Shown here: positions 30,508 through 41,593 of the stretch, in pieces
Numbering within the stretch: the first letter of the stretch is position 1
Layout: each line of letters starts with the position of its first letter
Assembly: GCA_964035545.1 (NCBI GenBank)
Contig: OZ037767.1
Coordinates: 11,418,581 to 11,482,580 of the forward strand
Source: Bugula neritina
Taxonomy: Eukaryota > Animalia > Bryozoa
DNA length: 64,000 bases
Reading direction: 5' to 3'
The notes under the pieces: generated by a model
The model's database searches: none
Told to the model about the DNA's origin: nothing
The model's input: the letters and a program-made list of their open reading frames with translations, nothing else
Position numbers and translations under genes: made by a program

Positions 30508-30719
30508 TTAAGCACTTGAAGTGTTATAGTTAAAATATTTTATTGCAACAATTAATATAGCAGTATTATAAGATAAAAAGATATATGACTGGGAGAAACT
30601 ATAGTAGACATGAATTGAAGCTGTTTAAAAAATATTGACAAAAAAAAGAATTTACCTCATTTCAGAGTGTTGTGTGTAACAGATATGGAATGAAATGTAA
30701 AAGCATTACTGAACAAGTT

Positions 30720-31773
30720 CAAACTAGATCATCTTGCATAATCCATTGATTAAACGAATCCAGATATCCTAACCATTTCACATAATAGACATATTTTCTA
30801 ACACGCTTTTGACATGTTATCACTTTTTCAATTTTAAACGAAGGGGGCTTAGCCACTTGTTAAAATTCATGCTCGTAAAACGTGCCAAGAACATTTTCAT
30901 TACTTCGTCTTTTATCATGTAGACTGTAGAGTTTGTCCTTTTAACATCGTCAATAGTATAATACATTTCCTAGTCCACGAAGCTGTATGACCTCTTTCAA
31001 AGGTCATTCTGGCTTTTGATATTCGGACGTAGTCACCCACTCACAATTTAGGTTGTATTTTATGCATCTTATATAGGGAGATACATCTTCAACCATACAT
31101 CTTCTTGATTGTTTGCTGATACTTCATTTGGTGACATACCAATACTCGTGTGGTATCTGTTGTTATAAGAATCCATTACATCATCTAAATTATCGATGTA
31201 GTGTGAGCTATTTTTGTAAGTGATCCACCTGTATAGTGTTGTCTGCAAAGTTTTGTTTAAGCACTCTACTATTGATGCTTTGATAGTCTCATTTTTAGCT
31301 GTGAAATGATGAACATAGTTTTTTTTGAGTAGGTCTTGAACACGTTTATTCAAAAACTCTTTTTCTTTGTCAGTTTTTAAAGCTCTGAAGTTTTTATTTG
31401 AAAGAATTTTGTTTAGCGCTGCACTCACATGTTCTCCAGATTTTGAGCAAATTGGAATTGCCCATGCACGTTTAGAGAAAACATCTATGGCAGTCAAGAG
31501 GTATCCCATCCCATCATTTTCTTTCTTAAATCTCTGCATAGCAATTAGATCAGCTTGTAACTGTTCGCCAATACCCGAGACAATGGTCTTCCTTCTTGTA
31601 AACTTTGTTCTAGTTGATTTGTGGAGAGAGTAGACTTCTCGGCTGCGTAGCCATTTTTTGGCATTAGCGACTTTGATTTTGTGTTGTGAATTATGATGTG
31701 ATATTAGTCTCTTGTCGCCTCTTGCAGATGTTTTTAATCTTGGAGTGAAGTAAAGTTGAGAGAGCCTACTCAT
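30720..31773 (-). pseudogene. Polinton retroviral-like integrase with C-terminal chromodomain
   Basis: QADL, IDVFSK, TDKxKEF, ASIVE and YNNRYHxSIGMSP. Broken downstream frames give GDYVRISK, GTFYE and YYVKWLGY...NQWI. Confidence 0.93.
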
Positions 31774-31779
31774 GACAAT

Positions 31780-32844
31780 GTCATTTGTTTTTTATTTGCT
31801 TCTTAAAGTATCTGTAGGTGCTCATGCCTGCTCCTCGCTGTTTTGTGGAAATTTCTTCTTGGATTAAAATTTCGTTAAACTTTTTTAATAAAGATTTTTT
31901 TTAGCCTAGGGCCACAATGTGCGTATTTTCGCATGCGAAAGTTGAAACCACGAGTAGCAAAGGTGTCCACTGTAGCGTCAGTGATGCGTGATAAATAAAG
32001 CTTTCATTTGTAAATCTCACTCGCTTTCAATAAAACGCAATTTACTGAAATGTAGCACTAAAACAAAGAAATTGGGCTCGCTGAATAACTACCAGCCGAT
32101 TAGGTGACGACGACAGAGACGATTCGCACTTGCGTTGAGAATGCTGAGCGACAAGTGCGAATGTTTTCTCAACGCGTACAGTGGACACCTTTGCTACTTA
32201 TGATTTCAATTTTCGCATGTGAAAATACGCACCGTGTGGCCCTAGGCTTACTCTTGCCTGAGTGGCGTGCCAACTTTTTCTGCCACTAGCTGCTTTATAT
32301 CTGAGCCTCTTATTGTTTTTGACGATATATAACTTTACCATTATTGAACCAGCGTAGGGTGTTAGTTTTTGAAATGCTGTGTAAGAGCTTACTGGCTTCA
32401 ACTCGTCTCTGACCTGGAAGGGTTTAACAATTTTCACCGTTGTGAGACCTGGATTATCACCATCTTTTGCTTTAATTATTAACCTTTGCTTCTCTTCCGT
32501 TTCAGTCGGTGGTTCTCTAATTACCTTCTCTAATTCCTGTTGTGGGGCGGAGGTTATTTCATTAGTTAATCCTGTGGTTTTAGTTAAAGCTGGAGTACCT
32601 AACAAGGCCTGTTTTCTTTCAACTTGCACGGCGTCTCTAAAATTTTTTAAATACTGCTTAAGAATTTGTGAGTGTTGTTGAATTTTTTCAGAATCTGTAT
32701 GAGTTTCACTGTCAGCAATCTGCTCCATTCTTTTCTGTCCGAGCTTGGCAAGCTTCGCATCAGGATGTTGGTGGTGTTTTGTGACAAAACTAATTGTTGA
32801 TAATGATCAGTGTCAATGAGGAAATACTTTTTAGCAAATTTCAT
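31780..32844 (-). pseudogene. Uncharacterised Polinton ORF interrupted by a MITE
   Basis: MKFAKKYFLI start overlaps the upstream stop; sits between the small QxGGF protein and integrase; QRGAG-like motif near the end. Confidence 0.55.
31909..32242. mobile_element. MITE, about 334 bp, with about 70-bp imperfect TIRs
   Basis: GGGCCACAATGTGCGTATTTTCGCATGCGAAA...TTTCGCATGTGAAAATACGCACCGTGTGGCCC; the TSD is TA or CTAG. Confidence 0.88.
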
Positions 32845-33161
32845 TTTTGTGGTCCAAGAAGTAATCCTAGTAATGGCCGAACTAATGCTCCTAAAAATCC
32901 TCCCGTTTGTAGAATAGTTTTCCTATCTCTTTGAGAGGTTCTGGACTTGACCAAACGTTCTAGTTCTACTCTGTATCGTCTCAAGCGGCGAAACTGAGCA
33001 GGTGTCAGTTGCGCATTGCCTTTAAGAATATTACTTGCGCATTCAACCAGGCTTTAAATTAAATCCTTACTAGCTGTGGATATCATATCGGACTTGATCA
33101 CGTTACTTGCTTATGCTAACGCTTGAAAAGATGTGAAGTTTCTCCTAATTCTCTGAGACAT
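32841..33161 (-). pseudogene. Conserved small Polinton protein with QxGG/F motif and amphipathic C-terminus; two premature stops
   Basis: MSQRIRRNF...LVECASNILKGN..L....RRLRRY...L...RKTILQTGGFLGALVRPLLGLLLG; absent from the ORF track because of the stops. Confidence 0.75.
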
Positions 33162-34089
33162 GTTTTCATCGTTGAAGTTAGCTAAGTAATGCATAATAAA
33201 AACAGTTTACATCAAGAAGGACAACACTTCTGATGGATAAATGATTTATACTAAGTCCTATAAATATAGCTTTTTATCAAAACTAATGAAATCAGCACCA
33301 AATCTGAATCAATACACAACATCATGCTCTATGAACTCAAAATATGTCTATCCTTCTGGTTATAATTATAGGTTACTGGAGTTGATCTTTGACAAACTTG
33401 AAAAAGTAGGCATACAAATCGATGAAAATAGGTGTTATTGTAGTAATTCGTGCAATTACTGTGCGTGAGTTATCTACTTGCGTATAGTTAGTTGGTTATT
33501 CTGCTAGCAATTACTAGGGTAGCTGTTGAGTAATTATATTTATTATCCACAATAAAGCATAAAGTAAACATCACATCAAATTATCTTATACATCAGTCAA
33601 TTACTAACACATGCTTCTACTTCAAGCCTCCGCTTACAACAACGTGATAAATTGTTAATAACCCGGGAAGTGTTATGTGAGTCGGAAGCATATCTTCCGG
33701 TGCTGCTAATTGGTTGCTACATAAGGGTCTTAGTATTCCAAGAACGGAGAGAGGGCGATTCCCGTATTTGTACTCTGCATGACTCACTACACCACCCCCC
33801 CCCAGCAGAAAGCCCTACTTTCTGATAACACAATACAAAAAAACACATAAAGAAAAACAATACAATAATCCAAAAAGAAAAACATACATAAGTAAACCCA
33901 CAAAAAGGAAGAAGAGAAATAGTTGAATACGACAACATTTATATACAGAAGTAAACAGGGTGATCGAACACACACATCTAGTCAGCTATAAAGAGAGAGG
34001 GTGCTTACCAGCACGCGGGCCAATGTCGGAGCACTCGTCACTTTCCAGACGAAATACAGCTCAACAAAAGGTGCCTACCCCAGGCATAT

Positions 34090-34932
34090 TCATTGGGTGG
34101 ACTCTGACTCTTGTAGCGAGCGTGCTCTGTGTTGAGCCTGTCGGGCACGTAGTCGCCTCTTCAGTCGCCCCACTGAGTCCTTCAGCTGGTATAGACCTGT
34201 CGTCGTATCCAGAAGGTCAGGGGCCAGTTGTGTAAACTCGGCTTGTAGCTTTACAAGCTGCTCTTCTACATTAGCCAGCTGGCTAGGCCTTGGCGAGGTT
34301 GTAGTAGTCTCTGTTAGAGGGGGTATTGTTGTTCCTTCTAATTCGGGGGTGTTGCTAGGGTTGACCGGGGTAGGAGACGGGCCCTGAACCATAGGGAACT
34401 TATGGCGGGCGGATAACAGCAGTACTTGGAACCCTGACGCTAGTGCGGCCAGGGTGATAGCCTTCTTGATGACTGGCTTGATGGCGTCCAGGTACTGGGG
34501 GAAACTGTACTCATCAACAGTATGGTTCTCTGCGGCAAAGCAGCTTAGCTTATGGACTATCACAGGATACGGGTATACATCGGGGAACCCGCATGGGCAG
34601 AAGTGGAGTAGAAAATGGGCGTCTACATGCAGACGCAGGGAGCGGTGTGACGGGCACTCCTCGAAGCAGACTTGGCAGGTCCGGTGTGGTCCACTGGGTC
34701 CCCAGGCTTCCTCAATTCTCCTTTCCGTCGTGGGTGACACCCAGCGGTGTCGTCGACGAAGCACCACGGGTAAGCCATTCTTCATTACAGGTTCTTCTTC
34801 CATAGGCAGAGAGGTTGGCTGGTCCCGTGACCGGGAGGTGGTCACTCGAGTGTGGTCCGAAAGAGTAGCAGTGTTAAAGATTATACACTGAGGTACCGTC
34901 GGCGTGTACAGCCTGACCGGTACTCTGTTCAG
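34090..34932 (-). CDS. Extra 3' ORF (ORF3) of the Gypsy element: C2H2-like zinc fingers + C-terminal coiled coil
   Basis: CQVC-x12-H-x3-H, then CPCG...H...C, a P/T linker and the heptad LANVEEQLVKLQAEFTQL...L..LKDSVGRLKRRL. The frame is open from 34932. Confidence 0.7.
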   Translation of the reverse strand: MNRVPVRLYTPTVPQCIIFNTATLSDHTRVTTSRSRDQPTSLPMEEEPVMKNGLPVVLRRRHRWVSPTTERRIEEAWGPSGPHRTCQVCFEECPSHRSLRLHVDAHFLLHFCPCGFPDVYPYPVIVHKLSCFAAENHTVDEYSFPQYLDAIKPVIKKAITLAALASGFQVLLLSARHKFPMVQGPSPTPVNPSNTPELEGTTIPPLTETTTTSPRPSQLANVEEQLVKLQAEFTQLAPDLLDTTTGLYQLKDSVGRLKRRLRARQAQHRARSLQESESTQ

Positions 34933-35170
34933 TTACACTCGTGAGATTGAGGCTAATGAATAGTTGATGGAGAACACACTCGCTATGGCAGATTATTTAA
35001 AATCAAAGTCGACGTGTATTCCCACCACTGTTTATCATTATCGAATCTCCAGCTCGCTAGCTAGTGTAGCTAAAGCTGACTGATGCAGTCTAGTTATCGT
35101 ACCAAAAACATAATTAACTCACCCTTCGATCCAGAATAGTAAGACATTTTGGAATGAGAGCGGTAAATGA

Positions 35171-37619
35171 TTACTGTTTAGTGGCACGTCTACTCTTGAC
35201 TGCATCAACGTAGGAAAAGACCGGACAGCCTGGTTGTGAAACGTGGCTAGGGCTTTTCACTTCCAGCGGATGAATCTCGTGTGAGATTCCGCCGAGGCAA
35301 AAGTTGAGATTTCCGTGGTGTTCACAACTCCCACGTCTCTTTGCCTGTTTTCCCATGCGAGGCCTCTCTAGACTTTCGTTACTGCCGCTTATACCGCGGT
35401 CACGTACACAGTCTCTGAGACACGCTGGAAGTTGCCTAGTGTGTGGTCCTGGAGGCGTCGTCACTGTGGGAGGCGGTGTGCTCACCCGTGGATTGTTATG
35501 TCTCACGGGTGGTTTTTCCAGCCTGTTTGTGACGGTTGTTCCTACGTTGGTATCTCTTTGCGGAGCCCCTCCCACGGGGGGTTTTTGCACTTCCGGACCC
35601 GTTTCTGGTCCCGGAAGTGGTGGTGATGGCAGGCTTGACGTTGGGGGCGGTGGGCGCACTTTCAAGGACGGAAGTGGCCTTTCTCGCCTCGCCAAGTCTT
35701 CCTGAGGTGTCATGGAGGTGTTTCCGGCCAGGACGACAGTCTCCGCTTGCCAAGACCTCCTTGCACAATGCGTCTGCCGCCCCGCTTTACCAGGGAGACG
35801 GCTATGCTTGTTGGTCTGGCAGACTTCGCACCGTCTCACTCTGCGCCGGATATCCCGCTCCATGTTGGGCCAGTACCACCGGAGTTGTAGCTTGGTGACC
35901 ACCCCTTGGACTCCTCCATGAGTCTTCTCGTGGGTGTCTTGTATCAACTCCCGGCGGATGGCAGCTGGGCAGACGACCCTCTTCCTGGCTGGCTGTCTGC
36001 TGTTGGCGGCCAAGGTCATAGTCAGCAGATCATCTGGCCCGACCCGCAGAGAGTTCCAACGTTGACAGTACAGCCGTAATTCGGCGCATCCCTGTCGCCG
36101 TTGTTTACTACTGGGTCGTCGCCCTTCCTGTTTCGCTTGGTACACGTCGGCTACCACCCCAGGAAGGCTTTCCTGGAGCTTCGGCAGCTTCCTAACGTTA
36201 CCAGCTCATACAGGTTTGGCGCGGAGGCTCTGGACAGCCTCCGGGGGCGTGTCAGCCCTCTGTTGGAGTTGCTGAGCAGGGGCGGTCTTCGCCGCCCTTG
36301 ATACCTCACGACAGCCTGCTCTATTTAGACGGGCGTCGTGGTCTGTGTGGCGGAACGCCTCACTGTACCCATGTGGCAACCTAGCCATAGCCTGGCGCTT
36401 TCCGTTGCCTGTGCAGCCACGCGTCCCTGGAGGATGGAAGGCGTGGGTTGGGACGGTCCTCCGCCCTTGAGACGGGCTCTGCTGAGGACCTTCCGTCGTA
36501 GCTCCCGACGACGGCCCAATGGCTTCCTCCTGGACAGGATGGAAGCGGCCCAGCATGGACCTGGGTGGTAGGTCTACTGTCTCTGAGGAGGGGTTGACAC
36601 ACTGCACTGAGATCTCTCCTTGTCCCGTAAGCCGGCTAAAGCTATGGGCAAGTTGGACTCTCGTGTGCGTATTTTCGACAACACCCAACTTAGAGGTTTG
36701 GCCACCGTCTACCTTGCAGCGGACGGTAGCCCGGGAGTGGCCTGGTATAGTACAGCTCCGTACTACCTGCACTGCTCCCGCTAGAGGACGACCAAACTTA
36801 TCGACACAAGCGAGCTCCCTGTCGCCCATGATCATCGCAGATTTACTGAAATCGATGCGACATCCGTGTCGTTGTAAGAATGGCATCCCAAGGATAGCGT
36901 CCTCGTTGAGCTGCCCGACGATAAACGTCTCTTGGATGGCCTGGTTACGGACGTAACCAGTCAGCTCAATAATGCCGTAGAAGGGAATGCACGACCCATC
37001 TGCCAGGGTGCCATGATCCCCCTCATACGGTGCCAACCCGTCCTTGACCTTAGCACTGAGGGTGTCAAAGAATTGACGGCTAAGGAGGTTGGTGGTGCCG
37101 CCTGAGTCCAGGAGGAAGTTGGCAGGCTTGCCGGCTAGCTTTCCTGGCAGGAAGTAGCTACTTCCGTGTGGCTGCAGCTGTGTGTGCCGTGGTTGCACCT
37201 CCCTCGCTGTGGGTCGAGGGGTCCACGGTTGTGCGACGACTATTGACCAGTTGCCGAGGTTGGGGCGGTACGCCTTGCGGCGCCTGTACCGTTTCCCTCG
37301 CAGGCTCTGAGGTCAACCGTCTGCCGGCTCCGTGTTGGTGTTGGAGTGGCGCAGAGGAGCCAGGCGGCGAGTGGCTTGAGCCTACTTGCCGCGGGGGTCG
37401 CCACTTCACAGCATCTCCGCGCGGCGCCCAGCGGAGCGGCAGACGCGCGGGCCTCCCTGGGTGATTTACAGACGGCCCGCAGGAGGTGGGAACATCTGCG
37501 GGCCGTGGTAGTTTAACCCTTGTTGGAGTTGAGGGCAGTTCCTCTGGAAATGTCCTGGCCTTCCGCATCCCCAGCAGAAGTTGTGCCCCATGCCTGGTGA
37601 TTGTACCTGCAGCCCGCAA
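35171..37619 (-). pseudogene. pol: Internally deleted pol: aspartic protease joined to the integrase HHCC region
   Basis: FLLDSGG and AILGMPFL, then HEKTHGG...WYWP...CEVC in the same frame after a single TGA at 36206-36208; no YxDD and no DDE. Confidence 0.8.
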
Positions 37620-38431
37620 GGCTCACGGGCGGTATCTACCTGGCTTGGGGGAGCTAATGTGGCGACCAGTTTATCTAGCATGTCGGTCATCTGTGCGACT
37701 TTTGATGCTAGTGACATCTGGTTCACATTAGCCACCGCGGAGGGTTCCGCGTTTGGTTCGGTATGAGCAGTAGTGTGCGCCGTGGTCACCTGGCGGGAGG
37801 CCACGCGGTTGCGGTGCATATGAGTCGCAATGAGGTAGGCTTCTCCCACAGCAAGTGCATCTTCGACCGTGGTGACTCCCCTCGCTTGGAATTGATGGTG
37901 GAGCCCCAAGTCGTTGATGGACTGCACGAAGGCATCATAGGTATACCTCTCACGGTGTACTGGAGGCAGATCGCGGAACGCGATCTGCGCTAGTGGGTAC
38001 ACCGTGGCAGCGTGCTCTTGTAGCGACGTGTGAGGATCACGCCGCAGCCTTTGTAGACGGGCCCGCGCATCTATGGGGGAGATGCCAAAACGGACCCGCA
38101 GAGAAGCAAAGATTCCTTCTATGTCAGGTCCCGCTCCATACGGCTTAGCCTTGTCCGTCAGCGCCATCCTGAGCTTGAGCAACGCCACCCTTGGTGGCCA
38201 CTGTGCAATTTCCATCACATCTTGGAATTCTTGGATAAACTGCTCCACCGCTTCTTCGCCTGTGAAGGTGGGCGCCTTCAGCCGGTATCTGTCTTCACCA
38301 TGCTCTCTAGGAATTCTCACTTCTTCTTCTAACACTACTGGTTCCACAGGTATATCAACATTATCTCTCTCACCTTCATTCAGTGGAATGGGTAGCTCCG
38401 CGCCGTCTTCTGCCATGACTGCTATACGCAA
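37466..38431 (-). CDS. gag: Gag with CCHC zinc knuckle
   Basis: PTFTG...EQFI..F, W.....L...L and CWGCGRPGHFQRNC; intact. Confidence 0.9.
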   Translation of the reverse strand: MRIAVMAEDGAELPIPLNEGERDNVDIPVEPVVLEEEVRIPREHGEDRYRLKAPTFTGEEAVEQFIQEFQDVMEIAQWPPRVALLKLRMALTDKAKPYGAGPDIEGIFASLRVRFGISPIDARARLQRLRRDPHTSLQEHAATVYPLAQIAFRDLPPVHRERYTYDAFVQSINDLGLHHQFQARGVTTVEDALAVGEAYLIATHMHRNRVASRQVTTAHTTAHTEPNAEPSAVANVNQMSLASKVAQMTDMLDKLVATLAPPSQVDTAREPCGLQVQSPGMGHNFCWGCGRPGHFQRNCPQLQQGLNYHGPQMFPPPAGRL

Positions 38432-39840
38432 GATCCCACTGCTGCCACCACTGTAGTAGTTCGTGCAATTACTGTGCGTGAGTTATCTACTTGCGTATAG
38501 TTAGTTGGTTATTCTGCTAGCAATTACTAGGGTAGCTGTCGAGTAATTATATTTATTATCCACAATAAAGCATAAAGTAAACATCACATCAAATTATCCT
38601 ATACATCAGTCAATTACTAACACATGCTTCTACTTCAAGCCTCCACTTACAACAACGTGATAAATTGTTAATAACCCGGGAAGTGTCATGTGAGTCGGAA
38701 GCATATCTTCCGGTGCTGCTAATTGGTTGCTACATAAGGGTCTTAGTATTCCAAGAACGGAGAGAGGGCGATTCCCGTATTTGTACTCTGCATGACTCAC
38801 TACATTATTACCCCTACTTTTGTGTTTTTGATTGTGAATCTTACTTTGAAAAGAAAAACTTGCCAAAATGCACAAAAACAATAAACTGGGACTTGAAACA
38901 TAGTTCAGGTTCAGTAGGTGTCAGCAATAATGTAGTAGAATCCACTGAACCAGTATGCTTCATCGCTAAAAACAATTCTGAGTTCGACGTAATTTGTAAT
39001 GTGATGGAATACCTAGAAGATCTTTCTAGTTTGTGTTACACCAACCGGTTGCACCGATATTCTTCAGTCTTGGAGCAAATAAAAAGAAATAAGTAATGTG
39101 CATTTGAACAAGAACCAGATGAAAGTTATATCGAGCATGAAAACAAATAAGTTAACTTTTTTAAAAGAATGATTAACACGCTACATATTGTGATAGTTTT
39201 GTGGGTTATGAATGCAACTAGTGCTTTACATACTTGTTACGAAGAACAAGGCGAGAAATGATGTAGAAAATAAGGTAGCTTTATTGCAACGAATGATATA
39301 ATAGTCTGTATCCAGCGAGCTCCAGCAGTAGACTGAATCTATACTGAAACTTGCTGGCTTTTATATACACGCAGGACAAAGACATTTCTTTGTTGCCGAG
39401 ATCGGAGGCCCGAAATGCCAAATATCGGCACTTCGGGGATCCGAAATGCCGAAATCGGCATTTCGGCACTTCGGTAGTCCGATCCGCCGATTTTTGGTAT
39501 ATCAGTGTTTTGGAAGACAGAAGTGCCGACCTCGGCAACCCGGACACACACACGCACATAAATCTACCACACACCTCCCCCCCCCGCCCATCGGAAAGCA
39601 TGTTTTCCAATAAGAAGCGTACACAAAAACAAAAATACAAAAAAAAAAGAAAGAAACAACAGGCTCACACACACGGACACGACAACAACAAATATTCAAC
39701 AGAAAATACAAGAAAAATTAAGGGTAACATGCAGACAGTTTTTACACACCAATAATATATGCAAAACAAAACAACAACAACAACAACAACAAAACATGCA
39801 AACCACACGTGCCTGCCACCATCGTCCAGGCAGTGGGACT

Positions 39841-41345
39841 CTAATGCTGGTCACTAGTGTAGCCCCGCTCCAGGCGACTCATGCGCCGTCGAAGCTGTCC
39901 CATCTCCTCTTCACACCTGCAGAGCCACCTGCGCAGGTGCCGAACCTCATCCTCCAACTGAGCCGCCGTCGGCTGCTTGCGACGGTCGAATGTGCTAGGG
40001 TTGGTAGGTCTCTTCTGCTTCCTGCCGTCGCCAAGGGTCGGGGACCTAGGTCCGAGGAATCGGCCCTGGCGTCTGATCCGACCCGTGCCAGCACGACCCG
40101 AAGTGGTTGGGTGGTCGCCGGTTGGGGTGTCGCGACGGGCTCCCCTTCCTCCTCCTGGACCGGCCGACACGCGGGGAATCTCTGGGCGAGAACTGCCCGT
40201 CTGCGGGAATCCGCCTCGTGTGGCATCACCAGGTCCCGAAATTCGGGGAATGTTGTTTGGTCCACAGCGAACGTGTAGCCCGAGTGGCAGCGTGATATGC
40301 GCTGATGTCTCAGCACATAGTCACGCTGGTAGCTGTATTCACCACACGGGCAGAACACGTTGAGAAAATGCTGAGGGGCGTGAACCCGCAGCCGCCGTGT
40401 GGAAGAAAACTTCCTCCGGCACTGGTGGCAGATGCGGTTGCCCGGCTCGCCGCACGCTTCACTAATCATGCGACTGGTCGCTCCCGAGACCCAATACTGG
40501 CGAGCGACCAGGGCCCAAGGCAGGGCCAGTATTGGGGAGTCATTTTTATTTAGTCCTGCAGGGTGGTCACCGCTTAGTATGCCCCGCTTTTCTCCGGCGG
40601 CGAGCTGGAGCTCGACCAGTTTGGAGGCAGGGCTACTAGTGTTGGTGGAACACACCGCTGAGGAGGTAGTGGTGTCCTGCTGGCTGCTAGGAGACGGAAC
40701 AGGAGCCGGTGGGAGAGGGGAGTCGGGTTGACTGGCCTCCTCAATCTCCATATGCTCTTCTGAAAGAGATAGCAGAGGCTGTGAGAAGCCGGTCTCACTA
40801 TCACCAAAATTCGGCACACACTTATAGGGAGCCAATTTATGAACTGAAGGCCGAGAAGAGTCACAGAGGGTGACCGAGCCCACGTCTTGGTCTAGCAATA
40901 AATTGAGGGCAGGGCCATCCCCGAGATCCATCTCTGCCTCAGGTTCTAATAAATTAGATTCTAACAAATCTAATACCGACCAGTCAACATGATTATTAGG
41001 TCGGCTAGACTCCGTACACGGAGGATCTAGCCTTAAAGGAGTACCTGATTGTTCTGCTGGTAATGATCTTCCCATGACTGAAGCGAGGGTGTTAAGACTA
41101 AAATTAAAATTTACTTTGGAATTTGCTCCTGGAATGCGTGTTGCTAGTGTGGTGGTTAAAGTTGTAATGGCCGAGCCTTGTGCTTCAGAATTACTACCTG
41201 CTATAGTCCGAGTTACGCGACCCGTGGGAAATTCCATTGAATTTTGAAAGGACAACTCGCGTGAACGCGTGCCCTCCAAAAGTCGGTCGGAAATTCCCCC
41301 TTCTTGGTGGAGTTCTCCGGGGTAATGGAGAGAATTTCCAACCAA
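39841..41345 (-). CDS. Extra 3' ORF (ORF3): S/T/P-rich N-terminus, C2H2-like zinc fingers and coiled coil (coil in a shifted frame)
   Basis: CHQC-x12-H-x3-H, CPCG..SYQRDYVLRH....C; QLEDEVRHLRR...EEEMGQLRRRMSRLE lies in ORF 39841-40170. Homologous to 34090-34932. Confidence 0.72.
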
Positions 41346-41593
41346 GATGGGGTAGTCATCCGTACTGGACGGACTACCAACACGAGGGGGTAACTCTAGA
41401 TGTCCTACAGCATAATCTGCCAGGTATCTGGGGGCCTTCTAGCTCTCTGGCTCCTTTCTGGTTGCACAGGCGTTGGTGGTGCCAGTGGCTCCTCAGCTGC
41501 CATCGTAGGGGGGTCCCCGCCTTCACCCGTAGCACAGGTGGGGGTGTCCTCCCCCGGGAAGGGTGGTGGCCCAGAGACCGGCCGCTGCTGTTC

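Larger units (their letters stand above)
21092..33161 (-). mobile_element. Degenerate Polinton/Maverick (endogenous adintovirus-like element); termini not identified
   Basis: pPolB, adenain protease, major and minor capsid, core-like proteins and retroviral-type integrase occur together in the typical order. No TIR or packaging ATPase was found. Confidence 0.92.
33439..38804 (-). mobile_element. Non-autonomous Gypsy LTR element: gag, protease, integrase Zn-finger remnant and extra ORF; no RT, RNase H or integrase core
   Basis: 353-bp LTRs at 33439-33791 and 38452-38804 (about 5 mismatches), TSD TTAT, PBS TGGTGGCAGCAGTGGGAT (tRNA-Leu-like) and a G-rich PPT. Confidence 0.95.

Noticed and set aside
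30621-30655. GT...AG segment between the integrase and penton genes
   Set aside because: Only 35 nt long, with no coding context.
39879-41345. env gene interpretation of ORF3
   Set aside because: No signal peptide, fusion peptide or TM helix; it has zinc-finger and coiled-coil features instead.
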